A stretch of DNA of 34,361 nt. Origin: Perkinsus chesapeaki ATCC PRA-425. Its lineage: Eukaryota > Protista > Perkinsozoa. Location of the stretch: NCBI GenBank assembly GCA_013115145.1, contig JAAPAO010000382.1, forward strand, positions 1 to 34,361. The letters run 5' to 3'. A program made the position numbers and the translations under genes. Shown here piece after piece: positions 10,098 through 21,200 of the stretch. The notes beneath the pieces were generated by a model. The model saw nothing but the letters and a program-made list of their open reading frames with translations. It searched no databases and was not told the DNA's origin. Within the stretch, counting starts at the first letter, position 1; each line of letters begins with the position of its first letter.

Positions 10098-10206
10098 AGC
10101 TGCTGCTGCTGCTGCTGCCTCATACCTCATCGATTTCTGTTATTGAAGTTTGCGCTCATCCTCCTATCTGATGATGATGATTATGCTTGTCATGATGATG
10201 ATGATG
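10098..10206 (+). repeat. Short (GCT)n and (GAT)n microsatellites downstream of the DUF179 gene
   Basis: gctgctgctgctgctgctg near 10099; gatgatgatgat runs near 10170 and 10194. Confidence 0.7.
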
Positions 10207-10393
10207 TAATACTTGACTTGGTCCATATAACTATAATGACTGTGGTGAACTAGTGATACGGTCATTCCCTGGTAGAATAATAGAAGTTTATGGTCTATCC
10301 CCACCTACTCTTTGGTTTAGTGTAAAGGCCTCACCGGCCTGCATCCATCATTATTGAGAGGAGGCCATAACCATCGCATCATAGTTTTTGTGA

Positions 10394-11679
10394 ATGTCCC
10401 CGTCCCCAACGCCATCAGCGGAGGAGGAGGACCCGAACCTTCCCGAGGAAGTATTATCTACCTTACAAGAGCTAGACGATAGCTATACTAAAATACAGCA
10501 TGAGCTTGAAAGGTAGTGTTATTAGGCTAATAGTATGGGAATAGAGGCTCTTAGAGAGTTGAGGGCTGTGGAGAAGGCTTATGAGAAAAAGCTCAACCCG
10601 ATGCTGAAGGCCAGGAAGGAGGTATTAGACACACCAGCTGAGGAGGAAGAGGGGAAGACACTAGCAAGGGGATTCTGGAGGAAGGTGGGCAAGGTAGTGT
10701 TGTAGAGTAGAAGCAGAGCCTCGCAGGTGCTGCAGAACTGTGATGAGTTTGAGGATGATGTGGAAGAATGGGATGTACCAGTCCTGGAGTACCTAATAGA
10801 CATCACTGCTGAGGACATACTACCGCCTGGTAGTAAGTTAAAATGACTAAGATGACTAAGTCAGCAGTGCAATTAGATTGTGATGAGTGGACTGCTCCTC
10901 GAGGGTTCTCTTTGTCTTTCACCTTCGCCAATAACCCGTACTTTACCAACTCGAAGCTTACTAAATACTACCACTATAGTGAAGGGAAGGAGTACCTCAG
11001 ACAGACGGAGATTGTTGATATTGATAGTGATGAGATAGATTGGAAACCTGATATGGTGTTGCCCAAGGCTGGGTTGACGGAATATTCGGTGGTCAGGATG
11101 TTACGGTCGAAGTGGTCCAAAAGAAGCGGACCCAAGCCAGGACAGTGACACGGGAGAGGCCGAGCTTTTTTAAATACTTCACGTAAGGGGCTTCTGAGCC
11201 ATGCTTGTTGCAGCTATGAGTAGATCCTTGGGTCCAAGGCACCCTTTACCTGAATGGCTGGGTTCACTAGAGGATGATAGCTTTGATGATGATGATGGTA
11301 GGGCTGTGGTGGGCTGCTTGAGTGTAGGAGTATTTACTGTAGATGATGATGATGTGGATAAGCTACATATGGTTATGATGGATGATTGGGAGCGTGCTGA
11401 AATGCTTAAAGATAATATCATACCACACGCTGTTAGGTAGTAGCTTGTAAAAGGCCTAAATCAGCGGCGGTCATTCCACCAGGTGGTATACAGGGGAGGC
11501 ATGCTGCCCTACAGAGGATGATGAGGATGATGAAAGGGAATATACAATCAGTGATTATGTCGAAGATGTTGAGGAGTTTGAGGATGCTGATGATGATGGT
11601 ACGTAAGAATCATATTAGTTGGCTTGAGTGAGCGTGTTCAGAGTCGGTCGCCATCGCTAAAGCAGAGGCCAACTTTTAA
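10394..11679 (+). CDS. Nucleosome assembly protein 1 (NAP/SET family histone chaperone), multi-exon
   Basis: Spliced motifs GFWRKVLQN, LEYLIDI, FTFANNPYFTNSKLTKYY, IDWK, SFFKYF and IIPHAVRWYTGEA, plus an acidic tail. The protein ends at TAA 11606 if unspliced, or at 11679 via a 43-nt intron (11599-11641) giving ...DDESVAIAKAEANF. Confidence 0.9.
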
Positions 11680-11861
11680 GTGTCCCAATCTTACCAAGGG
11701 ACTGTTTCCAGTCAGGGCTTCAGGGCTTCCGCCCTTACAAGCTTGTCGAGTTCCCGGAGGCGTTTGGACAGGTCGAAGCTGGGCACTCTTCGATCTTTAG
11801 GGCACTCAACTTTACGGGGGCTATATCAAATGATAGGGCGCTTATTGAGGGACTGGGATAG

Positions 11862-14258
11862 ATGCCAGGGCTCTCCATTTGGAGTAGATCGGTAAATTTG
11901 CGCCTTCTTCTGTTACACTCTCGCCTGACACTTATCAGTTTTATATCATGGCTCCTGCTGCAGCTGCTAGAAGGTTTGCGCAAGTCTCACGTGCTGATCT
12001 TGAATTGCAGAGTCGAGTGAAAGCAGCAGCCCAACAAGGTGCCCGAAGTATAAACAAATTGATAGATGAGGAGGTTAACAACATGTCTGCGGTATGAGGC
12101 ACACTCCACTAGCTTACCTTGACTAAAATGGCAGATACATCTCTGTACCTGCCTCCACCGTTTGGCATCATCCCCACGTGATAGGCTATCACCGAAGACG
12201 CGTGTTGGTTTTGTATTGAGGCAGATTATGGAGAAAGTTGATGAGGTGCCAAGAGAGCAGATTCAGCAGCTATTGGCCAACACGGCATGGGCAGCGGCGA
12301 AGCTGGAGGCAGCTAGGATGTAGGGCAGGGCAGGTATATTACTCTACATACCTTTCAGGTCATCTGATGAGATCGACCGTACCGAGCTCAACGAGAAGAT
12401 TTATCGCTTCATCGAACAGATGGGTTCGCGGCATCTATCGACTGTTCTATGGTCAATAGCCTCCTCCCAGAATTGGCCGACAAATGCTGATACCTTCTCT
12501 CGAATCACCCGAAGCCTTGTAGCCGTTCCACGGCCTCTGCATCATCAAGAACTAGCCAATACTCTGTGGGCTTTGGCTCGGGCACCCGAGGAGTTTCGTC
12601 GGGAGTGTAGAGAGACTTCCATTACTTTGATGACTAAGTACTCCGCGCGTGCTGATCCAAAGTTCCGCTTCTCTGACCAACACTCGGCGAACATTCTTTG
12701 GTCGATAGCCAAGCTCGGTGTGAGGCCTCAACAAGCCGAAGGTGTCATTAACATCTGCATCTCATCTATACAGGATACTATTAAGGAGTATCGTCCTCAC
12801 TCACTATCCCTTTGTGCTTGGTCCTTGGCGACTTTGGGCGTTCACTCTGAAGTGGTGGCCAGCATCCTAGAAGAGGCTTCGGCAAGGCAACTCCAAAACT
12901 TCGAGAACCAGCAGGTGGCTCACCTAGTCTGGGCTGGAGGAACGCTTTTGTCGGAGTGGACTCTGGATGGTCTGCCTGAACGGCTGGCTGCTACAGTCGA
13001 TAAGGCTAAACCACAGAACGTCGCAAATGTGTTATGGGGCATCGCTCGAAGCGGACCACCGTTGAACTCGAAGCTTGTGCGATACACCCAAACCCATTTG
13101 GAGACCTCAGCCAGGCCATACTTGCCAGTTGATCTATCATCCTTGTTGTGGGCTTTGGGCACGATGACTAATAAAGGAGACGTCCCGGACAGCTTGGACG
13201 ACCTTGTGCTGAGTATTTATCGAAAGGTTAAGGCTCAGATGACCTCGGATTGGACAGCACGGCATATTGGTTCCGCAGCATGGGGAATAGCCACCTTAGC
13301 AACTAATGGCGTTGGACGGGGTGAAGCCCTCCCTTTACTTGAGGATATGATATTGCTCGCAAATAAGGCTGGCGTTGATACATTTTCAGACCAAGAGGCG
13401 GCCGGAATGTTTATGTGGGCGCTCGCTAAAGTAGAGATCCGCCCTATAGAACGAGTAAGGGCAATTCTTTATGACTTCGCGGAGCATTTCAAGAGCAAAG
13501 CTGATGCCTCACGTTCAAACACTTTGTCACTGGCAGCTTGGTCTGTGTCAGCTCTGCGGTTCAAAGATGATGAGCTCCTCAGAGTTGCGGTTGAGAAAAT
13601 GAAGAGCGACCCAGCAGCAAACTATGCCGACTTCACTGCGGTCATTCACGCAGCTGCAATCACTCAATCTGAGTTAATGCCTCCGTTACTGGTTGATGAG
13701 CTTTGGAGAACGTGTGGTGTGATTAGCGCTCCTGATACGCAGCTAGCAATCTGCGGCTGGTCACTGACAGCAATGGACTTGGGCAGAGGCATTTACTCTG
13801 ATAAAATCAATACCGTGTCTGACAGGTTATCAGCCATTGACCTCAACACACTTAATCAGTCCGCTCGGAAACTGGCCAGGACAGTGCTATCTGCCAGTAA
13901 CCGGGTTATTAACTTACCCAGAGAGAGGCTCGATATAAGATCATCGCAAGCCCATCAAAGCTGGGTTGGGGCTATGAGAAAGTATGGCATTCATGGAGTT
14001 CAGTCAGAATTCGAAGTCCTCCCTGGTGTTTTCGTAGACATTGCGTTGCCTGCTGATAAAGTTGCGATTGAGGTCCAAGGCGAAACCCATTATTTAATCG
14101 AGCTATCTACCGGCCAGCGCCTCGATACAACTGGCAATACTAAACTAAAGCGACATATGGTGGAGATGAAGGGTTGGACTTTAGTGGAGGTACCAGCTAT
14201 GAAATACATGCCTACTAAGCGTGATGTAGAGAAGTTTCTGAAACCGTTTCTCATGTGA
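11862..14258 (+). CDS. Helical-repeat (HPR/OPR-like) protein with a C-terminal RAP domain; probable mitochondrial RNA-binding factor
   Basis: About 13 repeats of the xANxLWxxAxL type (e.g. KPQNVANVLWGIARSG), with spacing of 35-44 aa where counted. The RAP domain reads VDIALPADKVAIEVQGETHY...TKLKRHMVEMKGWTLVEVP. Three 5' introns (11892-11938, one at ~12092-12134, and 12320-12358) give a presequence-like N-terminus MPGLSIWSRSFYIMAPAAAARRFAQVSR. Confidence 0.88.
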
Positions 14259-14368
14259 ATGTGTCTGTTCTTGGGTTGATAGCAGTACGCTGGAATATCA
14301 CTAACTATAAGAACTCAACTAGTACATGCAACGGAAACGGATTATTGCAATAACATGCCTCTTGATGG

Positions 14369-14661
14369 TCACGGCAGTCTAGTACGCGGGAAGTACTTCA
14401 GGCGACCACTGTGGCCACGCAGATGCTTAAAGTTCTTCCTAGGAGGACATACCTTGGCAACCGTCGTGGTACAATCATTACCGATGTCGCGGTCTATTGC
14501 ACCAAATATCCAACGGTTTCATGAGGCTGGCAAGAGGGCATATGCGGTGGACCAATGTTGGAGCTTTCCTAAGAGAACAACAATGGGTGAATCGTTTATG
14601 TACAGAATGCCTACCGAGCACTTAGAGCTGCCGATGTCGGAATCCCGCATAGAGAGAACAT
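14369..14661 (-). CDS. 67-aa basic three-exon protein, probably mitochondrial; bL36-like motif spacing
   Basis: Exons are 14661-14615, 14568-14482 and 14438-14369. Introns of 46 nt (gtaggc..cttag) and 43 nt (gtaatg..cctag) are both phase 2. Product: MFSLCGIPTSAALSARKAPTLVHRICPLASLMKPLDIWCNRPRHRKNFKHLRGHSGRLKYFPRTRLP. The gene model is fairly well supported; the family assignment is tentative. Confidence 0.65.
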
Positions 14662-14761
14662 ACTGACAAACACTGATGCATGGAAATGGTGACTCAAATA
14701 CCCAACCCACAATAGTGCAGAAACTGTGCCAGAAACATGATGAGGAAAACATGAAGGAGTG

Positions 14762-17700
14762 TTAGGGTTTACTCTCACTAGAGCGCTTATTAGCATCTGC
14801 TTCGCGCTGACGCATTTTTGCCATCTTGTACTGATAGGTGAACATATTGTCCCAACGACCATATCGGTTAGAGCTCCGAACCCTTTCACGCTTCCGTTGT
14901 AGTTGTTGTTTGAGATCGGTAACAGCATCATGAACAACCTCTTTCTTTTCTCTTATCAACCCTTGGGCTTGCTCTATCTGAGACCTCGCATCAACCTCCT
15001 CCTTGGTCATCGCCTCCTTCGGAATCTGATATGCCTTGCCAACCAGTTTCCTCCTTCTCGCCCACTCAACCCAATGTCGTTTAGCTTCTCGCCAGGTTTC
15101 ATCTGATGCCTTCTTTCGCCAGTTTCTCGGATGTATATCAGCTGCATTCACCAGATCTGCCATATCGAACCTCCGTTTCGCCTTTAGCGGTCGAACAGTA
15201 TCTGGTCTGCCCAGATATGTCCACTTCCATGTTCCCTTAGGAATGACCTTGGGGTTCTTCACATCGATATACCCCGTAGCTGTGCGCGGTTCGTACCATT
15301 CCTTCTTCTTCGGTCCACTACCCTCCTTCGGCCGTTTCAGTCTCTTCGGCGGATCATCCTTTGTACTTTCCTCCTTCACAGCAGCAGTCCAAACCTCCTC
15401 ATCTACAATATCATCCATCTCAGTCCGCCATTTCTTAGCAAATCCCTTATGTAGTTGTTCCTGGTAGCTTGACCCTTCGGCATGAGTGTCCTTGCCGCGG
15501 AACTGCTTTAAGCCCGGCATAGGAGCGTTAGCAGGCAGGGCTTCCGACTCCTCACGGCTCAAGTATCGACTCGGGAACTTGCTGAAGCCATCGTCACTGA
15601 TGCGTTCCTCAGGCTCATCTTCCGGTATAACAAATGCCGGTGGTGCCTCCTTTGGAACGCTGCCCTTTGGCCTAACACTAAAGTCCATGACAACGGCCGC
15701 AGACTCTGACTGCTGATTTGTGGTCAATGACCTGAGCCAGTCAGCACCAAGGGGGCCCGAACCTCTACTGGAAGTTAGGCGGTCTTCTCCTTTACCCACA
15801 TTCCAGTGGTGAGAAGGAGCCATGACAAGGCCCAAGTCCGGTAGGCCGCGACTCGTAACAGTTGACTTCACCATTAGCTGCTTTTGTTGAGCAATGTTCT
15901 CCTTGTCATCGTCATCAGTATCGACCTCATCATTCGTTTCATCCTCCCAACACAGTAATGCCTCTGTAGTTGATGATAGGTCATCCGTCACTTCATGGGA
16001 AGGCTCTGGAGGAGCAACATCCCCTACAACAGCTCCATCAAAGTCATCTTCGCTGTCGGTCTCCTCGATATCGCTATTCATGCCCATCATATCTCGCATC
16101 AGGTCATTAGCCTCTCTCCGCACAGTACTCTCGGCTGTTGTGGCCGCCGTAGGCTCCGCTGCATGCTGCTCGAATGCCACGCCCCATCTACCAACACATC
16201 ATCATCATCAGCTGTTCAGACGCCTCAGCTTACCTCTTCAACGCGTCACTCGCCGCACTTGTATTCAACTCTTTTTCTTCTGTAGTATCCTTCACAACAG
16301 CTGCTGTTCGAACCATGTCTGCTGCCCGAGTCAAAGCCAGGCGCTCCCTATACCAACAGCACTGATAGCAGTATAGGGTAGCGGACACCTCGAGCACCTC
16401 TTGGTCGCGAGTCTCTTTTTCCGTTTTTCGACCCGTTTAACCCTTTTTGCCTCCCTCATGTCCAGCAGCCGCTCCTCAATTCCATTTACTACGGTCCGCC
16501 TATCTAGCTTTAGACTGTTCAGTACCTGCCAATCGTCCCAACAAGTTGGGTAAGGAGGGTTACTATACGAAGCTCATCCACGCCTTGCTTTGCCAGAGCA
16601 CTGAGGGGTATCATGGGCCCAACTGCACCCTTGAACTCGGTATCCAGAATCTGCTGCATTATCACCAACCGTTTGGCTAAGAACTTCGGCTTTAGTAGAT
16701 CGCACTTTGTAACAACTACCTGTAAAAGCAAGTAATGTACTAAAAGTATCATGAACCTAGGGACGTCCTTCGCCGTTAAACGCCGTCGTCTGGTGGGATG
16801 GATATAAACACCATGACTACCTACTTGCCATTTAACACCATATCGTTCCAAAAAGGAGAGCATCTCTTTATCGGACTGCATTATCCCTCGGCGTGCATCA
16901 ACAAGAATAAGTACACGCTTTAGATTACTCCGATGTGAGAGATAAAATAGGGAGAGCTCCGTCCATTCTGTCTGAAATCGTGGCGCGTGACTGGCAACAG
17001 CTGCTGCTCCTAGAAGGAGCTGGACTCTACCCGCTTCTCCTCGCTTTGGTAAGCAAAGCCATAACCAGGCAAGTCTACCAGCATGATGACCGGAGGCTTG
17101 CCCATCTTCCAGAATAGGAGGGACTCTGTGCTACCCGGTATTTTAGATGTCTTCGAGTTCTGCCTAAGGCATGTCTTCTAAAGCAATATTGAATGCCTAT
17201 CTCACCTTCCAGCCAAGGTGTTCACCAATGTTGACTTGCCACAGTTAGACCGGCCAACCACGGCAACCTCTGGCAGTACTGGTGGGGGAAGCTGCTCTCG
17301 TCTGGATACGTTCTTATGCAACTTCATCCCTGACCATGATAGCTAGAATAGAGTAATACGCCCATCACCATACAAGGCTTCATTTGGTCCAGGAACATCG
17401 GGGCCAAATTACGCTTTCCATTCTGGAACCACATGAATTGCCGATCCTCTTGAGTGACAGGGGCACCGATGCGTCTGGAGAGAAGAGTAATCGGGAATTG
17501 AGAGCCACCACAGTAAGCCTTGCCTTTTGGCGAGATACTCCCGCACAGCCAATGGTGGCCTGCTCGCCTTCTCCCATCCCAACAGTTGCTTAGTAAATGA
17601 TACCGGCTCGACTGAGAGAAGAAGTCATCTAGAGAATTGCGGTGTAGAGAGTGATCTTGCTGAATTGTGATACACGTGATGAATGGTCCTCTGAACGTAC

Positions 17701-18011
17701 ACAAGATGAATGCATAGAGGAGGACCTTCAGCTAGCATTATAACGTGCACACCGATGTTGAAATCAATCTCAGCTGCTGCTGCGTCAAATTTACCTTCTC
17801 CTTCTAGGTGTGTCTTCATTTGATCATATAAGTGCCTCCTCCGCTGGATAAATGACTGTTGCATTCGAGCCACTTTACAGTGATACTCTCTAGTGAAGGC
17901 CAGCAATACCCCCGCAGGTGATGATGATGATGATGATGATGCCGTGGCATGGAGCCGAGGGTGCTGGCCCAGGACTACCAAAGGGTGCCGCCCATTTTTG
18001 ATAATAAGCAT
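14762..18011 (-). CDS. EngB/YihA/YsxC-family ribosome-biogenesis GTPase (GTPBP8-like) with a mitochondrial-type presequence and ~550-aa C-terminal extension
   Basis: G1 LPEVAVVGRSNCGKSTLVN, G2 SKIPGST, G3 VDLPGYGF, LVDARRG, G4 VVTKCD, G5 LSALAKQGVDELR. The 38-nt intron 16526-16563 and two further introns carry the frame into the 14762-16180 ORF. Confidence 0.85.
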
Positions 18012-18245
18012 GGCATCCTATGGCACAGGTCGATAGATGTCAACACAACTCGCTCAGTGAGTTCCAAAAGTGTTAGGACTAATCGACAACGCGTTGAGCA
18101 AGAAATCATTAACTTGAGGTTAGATATTTTACAAAAATCTAGGCGATAAAAGAAGAGGCAGTGTGGGACGCAGCACGAATACCAATAATAGAAAGAATAT
18201 GTAGACGGGAGTTCCATTATACCAATTATAGCATTATTGAAAAAA

Positions 18246-21200
18246 TTACTGCTGTCCCTTTGTGTAAAGGTCATAGTAAACCCCACCACGGGACATAAGT
18301 TCATTATGGGACCCTTGCTCTACCAGACGACCATCTGCTATAACTAGGATCACATCACTTCGTCTTATGGTAGATAGCCTATATCAGAGAGAGGGACTCC
18401 AACATTGCATTGTTAATTAGGATACCTGTGTGCAATAGTGAAGGTAGTCCTTCCGACGGCCGCAGTCTCCAGTGCATCTTGGACAACCTTTTCACTTGCA
18501 GAATCCAGGGCAGACGTTGCCTCATCGAGGAACATAACCTAAAATGGCAACTAGGCCTTCAGAGACAGGAGGGCGATGGCATAACGCTACCGATGGATCT
18601 CGGACTAGAGCCCTCCCAATGGCTGTTCTCTGCTTCTGGCCACCTGATAACCGTGAGCCACGAGGGCCAAGACCATCGTTCAAGCTGAACGGCCCGCCCA
18701 ATGGTGCTGCGAAATCCATCTTGGCCATTCTAGCCACTCGAACAAGGTCTTCGTCAGATGCTTCAGCCTTGCCGTATCTAACAATGTCAGATTACGGTCG
18801 TTCGTCGAAGCTGTCTCGCCTCAGGTTCTCAGCCAGAGTCATATCAAAGAGCACCGGCTCTTGGCTCACCAGACCACAATGTCCTCTCCACCAGGCGATA
18901 TTAAGCATACGACAGTCGGTACCACCGATGGCTACACTCCCTTCTGAGGGATCATAAAACCTCTGTAGAAGTGCTATAACTGTTGACTTCCCACCACCAG
19001 AAGGCCCTACCAAAGCTACCTGCTGCCCAGCTTGAACCCTAAATGATAGCCCCTTTAGGATAGCAACATCCGGTCGGGTAGGATATTGAAAGTATACGGA
19101 TTTAAACTCAATAGAGCCATCGCCCATCTCTTCAACTACACCTGTGGGATGTACCGCATTGATCTTGCTCTCGGTGTCCAGTATCTCTAATACGTCATGA
19201 GCCGCTACCTTAGCATCGTCCAAGTCAGGCACGAATGCCAAAGCATTGCCAACACCAATAGATCCCAACATAACAGCCATAAGTGACTGCAACATATCTC
19301 TAAAGCTCGCTCCTTCCTCCTGGATGAGATAGCCTCCATAGTAGAAGCCGGCTGCATAAGCCAAGAACATCATGCTTGTTGAGGTACCGTAGGCAAGCCC
19401 AGTCATAATAGCACCACGTTGGGCACTGGAGACAGTGCGGTTGATGTAACCTGTGTACATATCGATAGTCCATGCTTCTGCTATAAATGCACGAACAGTT
19501 CGCATGTTTTGGACTGCCTCTGATGCCGTTTGGGAAGCTTGCTTGAGGAGATCCTCGTCCACTTGCGTGCCCAGCCACCACATAGCAGAACGAATTTTCC
19601 AGGCAAATACTAGTAACGGCAAAATACAAGTCATAACCAGACCAAGCTGCCAGACACCAAAGAGAGATATTATAACTCCACCTATAAAGCCCGCGAAGGC
19701 CTCTATGTAGTTACCCAGAGCCTGCCCAGTGATGGCCTTCATCTTCAGCGCGTGCGTCGACAAAGCAGCAGTGAGCTTTCCGGGTGCATGGGACGGGTCA
19801 TCGAAGTAGCCAACGTCCTGCTCTAGTAGCTTATGAAAACATTGCTTTCTCACATTATAGGTGAAATACTCTCCTATAAAGCTGAAGAAGTAGAACATAA
19901 TAGAACAACTGAAGAATACACCAATGGCCAAGCCTATATACTTAATAGCAGTTTCCTCGACAGCATCCATCATAGCATCCTTATCGGGATAATAGAAGGC
20001 GTCAATAACTTGAGACACTATCAGGGCGTGGAGGGGCATTCCTAAGCCCTTACCAGTTGCACCGATAATAGCAGGAATGTAGTAATACAGCTCACCACGG
20101 CTGAATTGGAATAGACGACGGTAAGGCACTTTGTATGACTTAGCCACCTGCGCCAATAATTCAAAGTTGAGAATGTGGATAAGAGTATCTCACCTGCTTC
20201 TTCCTAGCCTTCTCTATAGCCACCTCATCGACACCTAGATCGATTGAAATGCCTTTGGTGTCAATCTCTGTAATTGTGCCATGATTCGACGATTCTCTGA
20301 CTGTCATTTCTGGAGTAGCTAATCTAGTTAAGTCAATCTCCCCAACGGAAGTTGGTGCAACCAGTGTATGATGGGCATCATGAGATAAGGCAGCCTCTTG
20401 AGCTGATACCTGAGATTGGTCATCGACCTATACAAGTAAATTTGCCTTTATACTTACCAGTGCGCAGTATTCTCCTTCATTCTGCATTAGGGTCTTATGA
20501 GATCCGGACTCAACGATCTGACCTCGTTTCATCACAAATATATTATCAGAATTTCTAATAGTAGATAACCTATGTGCTATTGATATAGTAGTTATATTAT
20601 AATGTGATTGTAAATGATCAATTGTCTTTTGTACCATTTTTTCACTTTCATTATCTAATGCTGATGTAGCCTCATCAAGTAATAATATTTGTGGACGTCT
20701 TAATAATGCACGAGCTATAGCTATCCTTTGTTTCTGACCACCAGATATCGTACTCCCACCAGCACCACAATAGGTATTAAATCCCTCAGGCAAGGAGTTA
20801 ATGAAGTCCAAAACCTGGGCACGTCGACAGGCGTCTATCAATGCCTTCTCATCTGGCACTTTAGACCCCGATAAACCATAAGTAAGGTTATTTCTGATAG
20901 ATGTAGCAAAAAGAAAAGGCTCCTGACCGACATAGCCATAAACAGCGCGAAGACCATACACTGGCATCTCCCGAATGTCGGCACCATTGATTAGCACAGC
21001 ACCTGATGTAGGATCATAGAACCTTTCAAGCAGCTGTACAGAGGTTGATTTGCCAGAGCCGGATTCACCAACAAAGGCGACCTTCTCGCCTGCTTTAATA
21101 GTGAAAGAGATATCACTGAGAACCTCGACCTCCGGCCTAGCAGGGTATCGAAAGCTCACGTTTCGGAAAGCAATTGATGAGATAGTTGGAGGTTTTGGGA

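Noticed and set aside
10083-10253. Short ORF overlapping the DUF179 stop (TGATG; MTDPTSCCCCCCL...DDDD)
   Set aside because: Its poly-Cys and poly-Asp are simply the GCT and GAT microsatellites; there is no other coding signal.
11661-11861. ATG-less open frame (…FRPYKLVEFPEAFGQVEAGH…) ending at a TAG directly before the RAP ATG
   Set aside because: It has no start codon, it overlaps the probable last NAP exon, and the remaining ~180 nt match the usual intergenic length.
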